From positions 128,001 to 192,000 of the forward strand of contig CAVRGP010000011.1 of NCBI GenBank assembly GCA_963720755.1: DNA of 64,000 nucleotides, written 5' to 3'. Below, piece after piece: positions 35,647-45,960 of the stretch; position 1 is the first letter of the stretch; every line of letters starts with the position of its first letter. The notes below the pieces were generated by a model that saw only the letters and a program-made list of their open reading frames with translations, was not told the DNA's origin and searched no databases. This stretch comes from an uncultured Chloroflexia bacterium (lineage in GTDB: Bacteria; Chloroflexota; Limnocylindria; Limnocylindrales; CSP1-4). A program made the position numbers and the translations under genes.

Positions 35647-38600
35647 GTGGCGCCGATCCCGTACGCTGAACTGCACTGCCACACGAACTTCTCGTTCCTG
35701 GACGGGGCATCCGCACCGGATGATCTGGTCGACCAGGCCGTCAGCCTCGGGCTGACCGGGCTGGCCATCACCGACCACAACGGCCTGTACGGCGCGGTCC
35801 GCTTCGTGCAGGCGGCCGAATCGGCCGGTCTGCATCCCGTGATCGGGATCGAGGTCGAACTGCTTGATCCTGTGGTACCGGACCCATTCGGTGTGGTCAT
35901 GCCGGCTCGGCGGGCGCGTCGTCGCGCCCCCGGCCGGGATCGCGTCGGCAACTCGGTGGCGGGGGTGTCGACGGATGTCACCGATGGGTCGCCCATCCGT
36001 CCACGGCCATCGCCGACCCGCCTGCCCGGTCATCGCGACCCGGTCAAGGAGGATCTGCGAGGGATCGGTGAGCGTGTCCGTGGACCCCACCTCGTCCTGC
36101 TGGCACGCTCACAGGTCGGGTGGCGGAGCCTGTGCCGATTGGTGTCACGGGCCAACATGGCTGGGACGAAGGGTGTCCCGCGGTTCAGCCAGGCGCTCCT
36201 GGCCGAACACACCGACGGTCTCGTCGCGCTGTCCGGTTGTCGGGAAGGGGAGCTGGTCCGTCGTCTCCGGATCGGTGACCTCAGTGGGGCACGATCCGTG
36301 GCCGAGCGGTATGCCACGCTTTTCGGGCGGGGCGATGGCCCTGCTGCGAGTGGTTTCTTCATCGAGCTGTCGCACCACCTCCTGGCCGATGACGATTGGC
36401 TCGTTGCCGGATCGGTGGCGGTGGCCGAGACCTGCGGTCTGCCGGCGGTCGTGACCAACGACGTCCACTACGCTCGTCCGGACGATCGCGAACTGGCCGA
36501 TGTCCTGACCGCGATCCGACACGGCCGGTCGCTCGAGACCCTCGGCGCCCTGCGCCGGCCCGATGGCGAGTCGTACCTGAAGTCGGGCCCGGAGTTGGCG
36601 ATGGTCGGGTCGTCGCTGGGTGACGCCGTGGGCCGAACCTGGACCGCGGCGATCTCGACGGCCTCAGAACTCGCGGCGTCATGCTCGGTCGATCTCGGGT
36701 TCGAGCAGTACCGGTTCCCCGGCTTCGCGGTCCCGAACGGGGAGACGCCATTCAGTTATCTCGTGGAGCTCTGCCAGGCGGGTGCCCGCCGGCGCTACCA
36801 CCCGCTCACGCCGCCCGTCGTCAAACAGCTTGCCCATGAACTCGGGGTCATCGAGCAGACCGGACTCGCCGAGTTCTTTCTCATCTGCTGGGACCTGATG
36901 CGCTTCGCGAAGGAGCGTGGCATCCCGGCCCAGGGGCGGGGGAGTGCAGCGAGTTCGATCGTGGCCTACGTGCTGGGCATCACCAGGGTCGAGCCCATCC
37001 GCCACAACCTGCTGTTCGAGCGGTTCATCAACGAGGGCCGGACCACCTATCCGGACGTCGACATCGACTTCAGCTCGGAGCGCCGCGAGGAGGTCATCCA
37101 GTATGTCTACCGTCGCTACGGTCCCGAGCACACGGGGATGGTCTGCAATCTGGTGACCTATCGAGCGCGCTCGGCGGTGCGTGAGGTGGGCCACGCCCTC
37201 GGGTTCCCGCGGCCGCTCGTCGATCGGGTGGCCAAGGCGCTCGAAACCTACGACTCGGTCATGGTCCGACGGGATCTCGAGGCGGACGGCGGTTTCGCGG
37301 AGTTCTTCCGGCGGTCGGGCGACGATCCGGATCCCGCGACGGCCGGTGCGGTCGCCGCGGCCGCTGGGTACAGGGCCGGCGGGCATGGCGTGGCAGCCGC
37401 AGCCGCACTGGCCGGGAAGCGTGGCCTGACCGACGCGATGGGTCAGCTGAACCACGCTCGCGGTGGGAGGATCGTGCCGGGCGCCGCAACCGCGCCCGAG
37501 CCACCGACCGCGCCCGAGATACGGGCCGCGCCACCGACCGCGGCCGAGCCACCGACCGCAACCGCGCCCGAGCCACCGGCCGCGCCGGGCGCCGAAACCG
37601 CGCCCGAGATACGGGCCGAGCCACCGACCGCGCCCGCGCCACCGACCGCGGCCGCAGCCGAGCCACCGGCCGCGCCGGGCGCCGAAACCGCGCCCGAGCC
37701 ACCGACCGCGCCCGCGCTACGGATCGCGGCCGAGATACGGGCCGAGCCACCGACCGCGGCCGCGCTACGAACCGCGCCACCGACCGCGGCCGCAGCCGAG
37801 CCACCGACCGCGGCCGCGCTACGGATCGCGCCCGCGCTACAGGGTCTTCGCCAGACAACATCTGGATTCGTATCGGGCGAGTCCAGTGACCCAAAACAGC
37901 CAGATTCGGCCGGCAAGCTTCGGTCCACAAGTGGATCTCACGCTCAGAGGCCCGTGCCGATGGCGACAGGTGGCCGGGTCGGTGCGCCTAACACGAATGA
38001 CGCCGATATCCGGCAGGGACGCGGGCCAGCACATGCCGATATCCGGCAGGGACGCGGGCCAGCACATGCCGATATCCGGCAGGGACGCGGGCCAGCACAT
38101 GCCGATATCCGGCAGGGACGCGGGCCAGCACATGCCGATATCCGGCAGGGACGCGGGCCGGGCCCTTACCCGCTCGCGCCGGTCGCCGATGTGCGTCCGG
38201 GTGCCCGGACCGATGACGAGGGTGGGCCGGGCGATACTCCGGCCAGTGTCGCCTGGCTGCGGGACGGGCGCGGCACGGGTTACCAGGCGGACCGCGACCG
38301 ATTGGTCGGTCCGCAGCTGGTCGAGGGTCGGCGGGTCGATCCTGAAAGCGGTCAGCTCGAGCCGCCGCCGCGAGCCGCGGACAAGCTCGGTCGACCGACC
38401 CGCTGGGATCCGCCGGCCGCTGGCAGCTCGGTCGCCAGGGTCGAGCCGGCATCGCCGCCGCAGCCTCGGGGCGGTTCGACGGTCGGCCTGAGCGACTGGG
38501 AGCGCTGGCTCGAGTTCTGCGCCCGGATCGACGGCTTCCCGCGCCACCTGTCGATCCATTCGGGCGGGATGCTGGTGACCGCGGCACCGCTCATCGATAT

Positions 38601-40431
38601 CGCCCCGATCGAACGGGCCACCATGGCCGATCGGGTCGTCGTCCAGTTCGACAAGCGCGATGTCGAGACGCTGAAACTGATCAAGCTGGACCTGCTGGGT
38701 CTCGGGATGCTGGCGGCGATGGACGAGACGCTCCAGCTCATCGAGCACGATTGCGCCGTCTGCCTCGACCTGGATCGATTGCCGGAGGACGTGCCGGAGG
38801 TCTTCGCGATGCTCCAGGCCGCCGACACCGTCGGGGTCTTCCAGGTCGAGAGTCGAGCCCAGATGCAGACCCTTCCCAAGTCGCGGCCGAAGAACCTCGA
38901 CGACCTCGTCGTGGAGGTCGCGATCATCCGGCCGGGCCCGATCCAGGGGAATGCGGTCCACCCGTACCTGCGCCGCAAGCAGGGCCTCGAGCCGGTGACC
39001 TATCTCCACCCCAGCCTGGAGCCTGTGCTCAAGGACTCCCTGGGCGTGATCCTGTACCAGGAGCAGGTCATGCGGATCGCCATCGACGTCGGTGGATTCT
39101 CGGCGGCGGAGTCGGACGGGTTCCGGCGGGCGATGGGCACCTGGCGTTCGAGCCGGGAGATGGAGAAGCTCCACCAGCGCTTTGTCGACGGCTGCCGGCG
39201 CCAGCCGGGCATGACCGATGAGATGGCCGAGGAGCTGTTCCGTCAGGTCGCCGCCTTCGCCAGCTTCGGGTTCGCCAAGTCGCACGCGGCGGCGTTCGCC
39301 CGGACGGCCTACGAATCGGCGTTCCTCAAGCTGTTCTACCCAGCCCAGTTCCTGGTCGGACTCGTCAACGCGCAACCGATGGGCTTCTATCCCGTCGAGG
39401 TCCTGGTCAATGACACCAAGCGCCATGGGGTCGCCGTCCTGCCAGTCGACATCAACGCCTCGTCGTATCGGACGACGACCGAATGGGTAGGTCGCCCCGA
39501 TGAACCACTGCCCGACGGTGCCGGTATCGAGGTTCGTCCGGAGCCGGTCCGCTCACCCGCCTGCATCGTGCCGTCCGCCGAGGCGCGTGCCCGCTGGACG
39601 CCGGAGGTGACCGACGGCTGGGGCGTTCGTCTCGGCCTCCACCTCGTCAAGGGTGTCGGGGAGCAGCACGCCGCGGTGCTGGATGCGGAGCTGGCACATG
39701 GCCCGTATACGAGCCTGGCGGATGTCGTGGAGCGGACCGGGTTGCCGGAAGAGGTCGTGGAACGGCTCATCCGGACCGGGGCTCTGGATTCGCTGGGCCG
39801 GCCACGGCGCGAACTCCTGTGGCAACTCCGTGAGGTGGCTGGGGCAGCGCGTGGCCGGGTGGACGGGCGAGCACTGCGCGGGTCCGGGAGGGCAGCCGGC
39901 AAGCGGTCCGCGGCGGCCGGGCGTCCGATGGACCTGCGGCTGCCGGCGACGGAGGCGCCGGACCTGCCAGCCATCACCGAATCGGAGCGGATCGGCGACG
40001 CCTATGCGGTCATCGGGCTCGATGCCCGGCGCCAGGTGGTGACGCTCTTCAGGCCCGTGCTCGAACGGATCGGTGCCGTGTCCAACGCGACCCTGTCCGA
40101 GATGGCGTCTGGCCGGGTTCGGATCGGTGGGCTGGTGGTCACCCGGCAACACCCGATGACGGCCAAGGGCACGGTCTTCCTCGCCCTGGAGGACGAGACG
40201 GGGATGGTCAACGTCACGCTCTGGCCGGACACCTGGGCTCGACTACGCGGTGTGGTCAGGCGGCACGCGCTGCTGCTGGTGGATGGGGATCTCCAGCGCG
40301 AAGGCGAGGTCGTCAACGTCGTCGCCAGATCGATCAGGCCACTCCCCGAGGTCGCAGCAGAGGCCGGTGGACCCGACCGACCAGCCGGTGTCCGTCAGCT
40401 CGGTCACGCCGGCATGCGCCGGCTCGGATGA
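35647..40431 (+). CDS. dnaE2: Error-prone DNA polymerase DnaE2/ImuC with large insertions
   Basis: PHP ELHCHTNFSFLDG, GRGSAA, PDVDIDF, PRHLSIHSGG, KLDLLGL, FQVESRAQ, NAQPMGFY, OB-fold RQHPMTAKG; 1594 aa. Confidence 0.95.
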   Translation: MAPIPYAELHCHTNFSFLDGASAPDDLVDQAVSLGLTGLAITDHNGLYGAVRFVQAAESAGLHPVIGIEVELLDPVVPDPFGVVMPARRARRRAPGRDRVGNSVAGVSTDVTDGSPIRPRPSPTRLPGHRDPVKEDLRGIGERVRGPHLVLLARSQVGWRSLCRLVSRANMAGTKGVPRFSQALLAEHTDGLVALSGCREGELVRRLRIGDLSGARSVAERYATLFGRGDGPAASGFFIELSHHLLADDDWLVAGSVAVAETCGLPAVVTNDVHYARPDDRELADVLTAIRHGRSLETLGALRRPDGESYLKSGPELAMVGSSLGDAVGRTWTAAISTASELAASCSVDLGFEQYRFPGFAVPNGETPFSYLVELCQAGARRRYHPLTPPVVKQLAHELGVIEQTGLAEFFLICWDLMRFAKERGIPAQGRGSAASSIVAYVLGITRVEPIRHNLLFERFINEGRTTYPDVDIDFSSERREEVIQYVYRRYGPEHTGMVCNLVTYRARSAVREVGHALGFPRPLVDRVAKALETYDSVMVRRDLEADGGFAEFFRRSGDDPDPATAGAVAAAAGYRAGGHGVAAAAALAGKRGLTDAMGQLNHARGGRIVPGAATAPEPPTAPEIRAAPPTAAEPPTATAPEPPAAPGAETAPEIRAEPPTAPAPPTAAAAEPPAAPGAETAPEPPTAPALRIAAEIRAEPPTAAALRTAPPTAAAAEPPTAAALRIAPALQGLRQTTSGFVSGESSDPKQPDSAGKLRSTSGSHAQRPVPMATGGRVGAPNTNDADIRQGRGPAHADIRQGRGPAHADIRQGRGPAHADIRQGRGPAHADIRQGRGPGPYPLAPVADVRPGARTDDEGGPGDTPASVAWLRDGRGTGYQADRDRLVGPQLVEGRRVDPESGQLEPPPRAADKLGRPTRWDPPAAGSSVARVEPASPPQPRGGSTVGLSDWERWLEFCARIDGFPRHLSIHSGGMLVTAAPLIDIAPIERATMADRVVVQFDKRDVETLKLIKLDLLGLGMLAAMDETLQLIEHDCAVCLDLDRLPEDVPEVFAMLQAADTVGVFQVESRAQMQTLPKSRPKNLDDLVVEVAIIRPGPIQGNAVHPYLRRKQGLEPVTYLHPSLEPVLKDSLGVILYQEQVMRIAIDVGGFSAAESDGFRRAMGTWRSSREMEKLHQRFVDGCRRQPGMTDEMAEELFRQVAAFASFGFAKSHAAAFARTAYESAFLKLFYPAQFLVGLVNAQPMGFYPVEVLVNDTKRHGVAVLPVDINASSYRTTTEWVGRPDEPLPDGAGIEVRPEPVRSPACIVPSAEARARWTPEVTDGWGVRLGLHLVKGVGEQHAAVLDAELAHGPYTSLADVVERTGLPEEVVERLIRTGALDSLGRPRRELLWQLREVAGAARGRVDGRALRGSGRAAGKRSAAAGRPMDLRLPATEAPDLPAITESERIGDAYAVIGLDARRQVVTLFRPVLERIGAVSNATLSEMASGRVRIGGLVVTRQHPMTAKGTVFLALEDETGMVNVTLWPDTWARLRGVVRRHALLLVDGDLQREGEVVNVVARSIRPLPEVAAEAGGPDRPAGVRQLGHAGMRRLG
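37487..37842 (+). repeat. Degenerate in-frame modular repeats (AEPPTA / APEIRA / AAALR) inside dnaE2
   Basis: Recurring CCACCGACCGCG(C/G)CCG and GAGATACGGGCCG modules. Confidence 0.85.
38002..38159 (+). repeat. 33 bp tandem repeat x5 inside dnaE2 (ADIRQGRGPAH)
   Basis: GCCGATATCCGGCAGGGACGCGGGCCAGCACAT at 38002, 38035, 38068, 38101 and 38134 (last copy partial). Confidence 0.95.
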
Positions 40432-40632
40432 AGCGGAATGGATGCCTCCGACGGACTCACGTCAGGCTGCCTTCACGGCCCGAGCTTCCGTTGCCGGCCC
40501 CCCAACCATCAAAAGCCGTCGGAGCGCATCCACCCATCCATTCGCACCAACTGCGCGATCGGATTGCCGACACGCCGAATCTCTCGAAACCAGGTCGCGT
40601 CCGTCCCGGGGGCGCCGTCAGGGCGCCCGCCC

Positions 40633-41391
40633 TCAGCGCTTGGCGCCGGCTTTCTGCGATGCGCTTGTCCGTGTCCGGCCGTCGCCGGCTTTCGGCTTGG
40701 CCGTCTGCGACTGGCGGTTGCGGTTGGGACTCGACAGCGCCAGGAAGCGCCGATACCACGCCGCCGCGGCGGCGAAGAAGGATCCGATGATCGGCGACAG
40801 GATGAGAGCGGAGAATGCGACGTCACGCGCCTGCGCGGCAGTCGGCAAGGTGCCGACGTAGATGGTCGACGGGAAGCCCATCACGAGGACCGAGTAGCAC
40901 AGGGCCGAGAACAAGCCGACCACGACGCCCAGGAGCCAGCTCGACCGCGGTGCCAGGAACCCGGCGATGAAGACGCCGCCGATCGCCGGCGTCTGGATGA
41001 AGTACTGGAACGCGAATTCGGACAGGACGTTCTGTCCGCCCGACGCGACGATATAGATGGTCGAACCGATCGTGATCGCAAGTGGGATCCAGAGCGCCTT
41101 CGTGTGCAGGGCGATCCACGGCAGGGACGCGACATCTTCGCGGACGTTCATCGGCCGGAACGACAGCCGGAACGCAGCGGCGAACCCGACCCGCCCGGGT
41201 GGGGTCGCAGAGGATCCCTTCGTTCCGGACGAGGATCGGCCCGATGACGCGGACGTGGTTCGGCGCCGCGTCGTGCTCGGGGCGCCCTCGTCGTCGGTGG
41301 CCTCAGCCGCCTCGATCTCGGTGCTGGCCGCGTTCGCGGCTCGATGGCGGCGTCGCGCTTCGGCGCGTTCGGTCCTCTTGGCGCGTGCCAC
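40633..41391 (-). CDS. Hypothetical membrane protein with basic termini
   Basis: ARAKRTERAEARRR N-terminus, four TM helices, GGAG RBS. Confidence 0.72.
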   Translation of the reverse strand: MARAKRTERAEARRRHRAANAASTEIEAAEATDDEGAPSTTRRRTTSASSGRSSSGTKGSSATPPGRVGFAAAFRLSFRPMNVREDVASLPWIALHTKALWIPLAITIGSTIYIVASGGQNVLSEFAFQYFIQTPAIGGVFIAGFLAPRSSWLLGVVVGLFSALCYSVLVMGFPSTIYVGTLPTAAQARDVAFSALILSPIIGSFFAAAAAWYRRFLALSSPNRNRQSQTAKPKAGDGRTRTSASQKAGAKR

Positions 41392-41541
41392 GGTGTCTCC
41401 TGCGGTCGGGTCCGGGGGTGTGCTGCGCATCGTAGTCGAACGCGCGTGGGCGCGGGATAAGCCGCGGTGCAGCGTCGCCCTGTACAACGATCCCACCCCG
41501 CCGCCGCCCGCCCATCCTGCTTTCCCGCCGGGAGGTCATCG

Positions 41542-44500
41542 ATGGATCGTTCCCGGCGCGCGGGGTTCACCGCGCTCATCCTGATCGGCCTGGTCGTCGC
41601 ATCCGGAGCGTGGATCAGCCCCGGTGCGCGCGCGGCCTCCGTCGCCTGGCCACCGTCGACGCTCCTCATCTCCGAGATCCAGACGGGCGGGACGTCGGCG
41701 TCGGACGAGTTCGTGGAGATCGCCAACCAGGGGAACGCCCCGATCGACCTGATCGGACTCGAGGTCGTCTATGTCACGTCGTCCGGATCCACGGTCACGC
41801 GCAAGGCGACCTGGGCGACATCGATCAGCCTTGACCCGGGGCGCCGAACCCTGCTGGCGAACGCCGCGGGGCTCTACGGTCCGATCGCGGACGCGACCTA
41901 CTCGGGTGGGTTCGCGGCGACCGGCGGCGCACTTGCCCTTCGGGTGGTCGGAGGCGCCGTGCTCGATGCGGTCGGCTGGGGCGACGCCTCGAACGGGTTC
42001 GTCGAGGGGGCGCCGGCCCTCGCGCCCGCCGCCGGATCGAGCCTCGAACGGGCGCCCGGGGGATCCCTGGGAAACGGGTCCGATACGAACGACAACAGCG
42101 CCGACTGGTTCGTCCAGGGCGCCCCATCCCCGCAGGGTCTCGATGCACCGGCCGTTCCCGGTGCGCTCCCGTCGCCCTCGACCACACCCATCGCGACCGC
42201 CACACCGACCGCGGCGCCGACGCCGTTGCCGACACCCATGCCCACACCGTCGCCGACGCCCGCCCCGGTTGCGACACCGACCCCTCCGTCGACACCCGCA
42301 CCAACCTCAGTGCCGGCGCTGACGCCGATCGGGACCGCGCGGGCACTGGCCGACGGCACGGTCGTCTCGATCGCGGGCGTGCTGACGACCGCGCTGGGCG
42401 CCGTCGAATCGGGTCAGGGTGGGTTCGTCCAGGATGGGACGGGTGGCATCGCCGTGTACCTCGACGCGACGGTCGTCGGGGCCTGGCCGGCCGGGACGTC
42501 GGTCACGTTGACCGGAGCCGTCTCGAGCCGGTACGGCCAGCGGACGGTCAAGACCGCGGAGGCCTCCGTCACGGCGGGTATGCAGGAAGCGTTGCCCGAC
42601 GCTGCCGATCTCGCGACCGGCGACATCGACGAGTCGCACGAGGGGACCCGGATCCAGACTCGGGGCAAGGTCATCGGTGGCGCCGACTCGCTCGCGGATG
42701 GACTGGCGGTCGACGTGGACGACGGGTCCGGCCCGGTCCGTGTCGTCGTCGGCCCTGACGCCCTGCAGGACATGGTGCTCGGGTCCGGGCTCTCGGTGGT
42801 CGTCGCCGGGCCACTCGGGCAGCGTGACAGTTCCGGGACGGGAACAGCCGGATACCGGATCCACGCGACGCTGCCGGGCGATCTCACGATCATCGCCCCG
42901 GATCCGACGCCCGTCCCGACGCCGCCGGTCCCGACGCCCGTCCCGACGCCGCCGGTCCCGACGCCCGTCCCGACGCCGCCGGTCCCGACGCCATCGCCGA
43001 CCGTCTCGCCGTCGCCCGGGCCTCTGACCGTGATCGATGCTCGGTCGTACCCGGTCGGTTCGATCGTCCACACGATGGGTGTCGTCGTCGCCGAGGCCGG
43101 ACGGATGGGCGCTCCCACGTTGCTGGCCATCGGATCGGACGATGCCGGGTTGGTCGTCCACCTACCGGCTGGCCTGGCCGGCTATCCACGCGGCACCGTC
43201 CTCGATCTGACCGGCAGACTCGCCGCGCCGTATGGACAACTGGAGATCCGTCCGGCCAACGCCGATGTTCGCTCGGTCGGTTCCGATCGTCTGCCGACCG
43301 CTCTGTCGCTCCCCGGCGGCGGCCTGGACGAGTCGCTGGAAGGTCGGTACCTGACCGCGACCGGCCGACTCACCGGCCGACCGAAGTCCTCCTCCGGCGG
43401 TGACCTGACACTCCTGTTCGAGCGCGACGGGACGCCCACGTTCAAGGTGATGGCCGACGTCTCCAGCCGGGTCGACGCCGCCTCGCTCCAGGTCGGAGCG
43501 ACGTATCGGATCCTTGGCGTGGCGGGCCAGCGGGCCAGCCGATCCGGCGCACTCGACGGCTATCGGATCTGGATCCGCGACGCGTCAGATCTCGTTCTGG
43601 TGAGCGGACCGGATCCATCGGCCACACCATCCGCATCGCCGGGTTCGCCAGGCTCGTCCTCGAGCGCCCGCGCTCCCATCACGATCGCTCGAGCCCTCAA
43701 GATCGACGACCGCGAGGTGACCGTCGTGGGCGTCGTCACCGCGCCCGCGACGCTCCTCGACAGCACCGGCCGGCGAATCGTGATCCAGGACGCCTCGGCC
43801 GCGGTCGAGGTCCTCGTCCCGACCGGGGTGAAGGCACCGGCCGTCGGTGCCAGGGTCAGGGCCGACGGCAAGATCGGGGTCGCCTATGGCGCACCGCGGT
43901 TCCGGGCAGACCAGATCGTCGTCGTCGGTTCCGCGCCAGCACCGAAGGCGGTCGTCCTGCACGCCGGACCACGGGAGGTCGATGAGTGGCGGCTGGTGAC
44001 GGTGACCGGCCGCGTGACCAGCATGAGCAAGCTCGGTGATCGCTGGCGCGCGGAACTGCGCGTCGGCACGGCCGCGGTGGTCGTGGTCGGTCAACCGGGC
44101 GCTGGCATCGCCAGTGGCAGCCTGACCGAAGGTCGTACCGCCTCGATCACCGGCATCGTCCGGCGACCCTATCCGACCGCGACGGACCGTCGCTTCGCGG
44201 TCACTCCGCGCTTCCCCGCGGACGTCCACCTCGGTGCCGCCCCTGCTGGGCAAGGCGGCTCGAATACGGTCGCGGGTACCGGCACGGGGGCTGGACCATC
44301 GGCGTCGGCCGATCCAACGGTGCCCGAACCGATGGACGCCGACCTGATCGACCTCGACGCGGCCACCGGGACACTCGTGCGGGTCGGGGGATTGGTCGAC
44401 GCCCTCTTCTCGGATGGTTTCAGCCTGGACGACGGGACAGCGATCGGGCGGGTCGTGCTTCGCGGCGCCGTCCTCGAGCGGCTGATGCTCGTCGAGCCAG

Positions 44501-44946
44501 GCGATGCCCTCAATGCCACCGGTCGTGTGGAGCTGACCGCCAGCGGGCCGGTCGTGGTCGTCGCTGATGCCGGCGGGCTCGCCCAGGCGGGCGATCCGGT
44601 CGCGGCGCTACCGACTCCGGTTCCGAGCGCACGGGCGTTCGAGCTCGCAGGGATTGCCTGGAGCTCGGCCCCGACTGCGGCACAGCCGCCACGAGCGACA
44701 CCGTCGCCGAGACGCGACGGCCCGTTCCCGCCCGGGGCCGGGATCGCGGGTGCCATCGCGCTCCTCGCCATCGCCGGGGTCTCCCTGGTCGGCTCGACCG
44801 TCCGACAGCGGCAGGTCCGGCGCCGATCGTCAGCCCGGATCGAGGCCAGGCTGGCCACCTTCGCGGGTCGCCCGGCCGTCCCATCGGCCGCCTCGCTCGA
44901 CCCACGCACGGCTGAGCGTGGGTCGAGCACGATCCACTCGGCTTGA
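41542..44946 (+). CDS. Secreted, C-terminally anchored lamin-tail-domain protein with OB-fold-like repeats
   Basis: Signal peptide; LTD LLISEIQTGG...DEFVEIAN; repeated modules (FVQDGTGGIAV, DDGSGPVRV, IQDASAAVEV, DDGTAIGRV); P/T linkers; C-terminal TM plus Arg-rich tail. Confidence 0.8.
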   Translation: MDRSRRAGFTALILIGLVVASGAWISPGARAASVAWPPSTLLISEIQTGGTSASDEFVEIANQGNAPIDLIGLEVVYVTSSGSTVTRKATWATSISLDPGRRTLLANAAGLYGPIADATYSGGFAATGGALALRVVGGAVLDAVGWGDASNGFVEGAPALAPAAGSSLERAPGGSLGNGSDTNDNSADWFVQGAPSPQGLDAPAVPGALPSPSTTPIATATPTAAPTPLPTPMPTPSPTPAPVATPTPPSTPAPTSVPALTPIGTARALADGTVVSIAGVLTTALGAVESGQGGFVQDGTGGIAVYLDATVVGAWPAGTSVTLTGAVSSRYGQRTVKTAEASVTAGMQEALPDAADLATGDIDESHEGTRIQTRGKVIGGADSLADGLAVDVDDGSGPVRVVVGPDALQDMVLGSGLSVVVAGPLGQRDSSGTGTAGYRIHATLPGDLTIIAPDPTPVPTPPVPTPVPTPPVPTPVPTPPVPTPSPTVSPSPGPLTVIDARSYPVGSIVHTMGVVVAEAGRMGAPTLLAIGSDDAGLVVHLPAGLAGYPRGTVLDLTGRLAAPYGQLEIRPANADVRSVGSDRLPTALSLPGGGLDESLEGRYLTATGRLTGRPKSSSGGDLTLLFERDGTPTFKVMADVSSRVDAASLQVGATYRILGVAGQRASRSGALDGYRIWIRDASDLVLVSGPDPSATPSASPGSPGSSSSARAPITIARALKIDDREVTVVGVVTAPATLLDSTGRRIVIQDASAAVEVLVPTGVKAPAVGARVRADGKIGVAYGAPRFRADQIVVVGSAPAPKAVVLHAGPREVDEWRLVTVTGRVTSMSKLGDRWRAELRVGTAAVVVVGQPGAGIASGSLTEGRTASITGIVRRPYPTATDRRFAVTPRFPADVHLGAAPAGQGGSNTVAGTGTGAGPSASADPTVPEPMDADLIDLDAATGTLVRVGGLVDALFSDGFSLDDGTAIGRVVLRGAVLERLMLVEPGDALNATGRVELTASGPVVVVADAGGLAQAGDPVAALPTPVPSARAFELAGIAWSSAPTAAQPPRATPSPRRDGPFPPGAGIAGAIALLAIAGVSLVGSTVRQRQVRRRSSARIEARLATFAGRPAVPSAASLDPRTAERGSSTIHSA
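42904..42992 (+). repeat. 27 bp in-frame tandem repeat x3 (PTPVPTPPV linker)
   Basis: CCGACGCCCGTCCCGACGCCGCCGGTC repeated. Confidence 0.85.
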
Positions 44947-45003
44947 CGCTCGTGAGAAGGCGGGGCTATCCTCGCCCGAGTTTCGCGCCAGCGAAGCGGC
45001 CAC

Positions 45004-45891
45004 GTGAGCGAGGGAGCGGTCTTGCCGAACGCGGATACCCGCGTCATACATCCGGATCGCCGGATCGCGATCCGAGCCGGAGAACGGCAGTACCACATCG
45101 AACTCGGTCCAGGCGAAGTGGCCGAGTACATCCTCCTCCCCGGCGACCCCGATCGCGCGGCTGACATCGGCTCGCGCCTGGAGTCCATCGAGGTCGAACG
45201 TCGAAATCGCGAGTTCGTCTCAGTCACGGGGGTGTACAAGGGCCAGCGGGTCTCGGTCATCTCGACCGGGATCGGCACGGACAACGTCGAGATCGTGGTC
45301 GCGGAGATCCTGGCGATCACGGAGCGGCCGACCCTCATCCGGATCGGGTCGTGTGGGGCGCTCCAGCCGGAGATGACCCTTGGGGACCTGACCATCACCA
45401 CCGGGGCGGTCCGCCTCGAGTCGACCACGAACTACTTCGTCCACGATGGGTACCCGGCCGTCGCCGATTACGAGACCGTTCTGGCACTCATCGAGGCGGC
45501 GGAGCGGCTCGGCCATCGGTATCACGTCGGGATCACGGCCACCGCTCCCGGGTTCTATGGTGCGCAGGGGCGCCCGATCCCGCAGTTGCCCATCCGCTAC
45601 CCTGACCTCGCGAAGGAAATGACGAGTCAGCGCGTCATGAACTTCGAGATGGAGGCATCTGCTCTCCTCGTCCTCGCGACCCTCGCCCGCTGTCGAGCCG
45701 GCGTCGTCTGTGCGGTGTATGCCAATCGGTCGACCGGTGAGTTCGTCAGTGCCGAACAAAAGGTCGCGGCCGAGGCGGCGTGCGTCGAGACCGGGCTGGA
45801 AAGCCTCCTCGTCCTCGCCGATATGGATCGACAGAAGCGTCAAGCCGGGACGGACCGCTGGCGGCCGTCACTCTGGAAGCACACCATCTGA
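45004..45891 (+). CDS. udp: Uridine/nucleoside phosphorylase
   Basis: QYHI, LLPGDPDRA, STGIG, RIGSCGAL, FYGAQGR, NFEMEAS. Confidence 0.88.
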   Translation: MSEGAVLPNADTRVIHPDRRIAIRAGERQYHIELGPGEVAEYILLPGDPDRAADIGSRLESIEVERRNREFVSVTGVYKGQRVSVISTGIGTDNVEIVVAEILAITERPTLIRIGSCGALQPEMTLGDLTITTGAVRLESTTNYFVHDGYPAVADYETVLALIEAAERLGHRYHVGITATAPGFYGAQGRPIPQLPIRYPDLAKEMTSQRVMNFEMEASALLVLATLARCRAGVVCAVYANRSTGEFVSAEQKVAAEAACVETGLESLLVLADMDRQKRQAGTDRWRPSLWKHTI

Positions 45892-45960
45892 GCAACCACG
45901 GTTGACTGGATGCGGGACAAGGGATCTCGCACCAGGTGGCACGGAAGAGGAGAAGCCCAC

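Noticed and set aside
37321-38487. DnaE2 insertion as an intein or group I/II intron
   Set aside because: No C/S...HN splice junctions, Hint or LAGLIDADG motifs, and no RT; it is low-complexity in-frame sequence.
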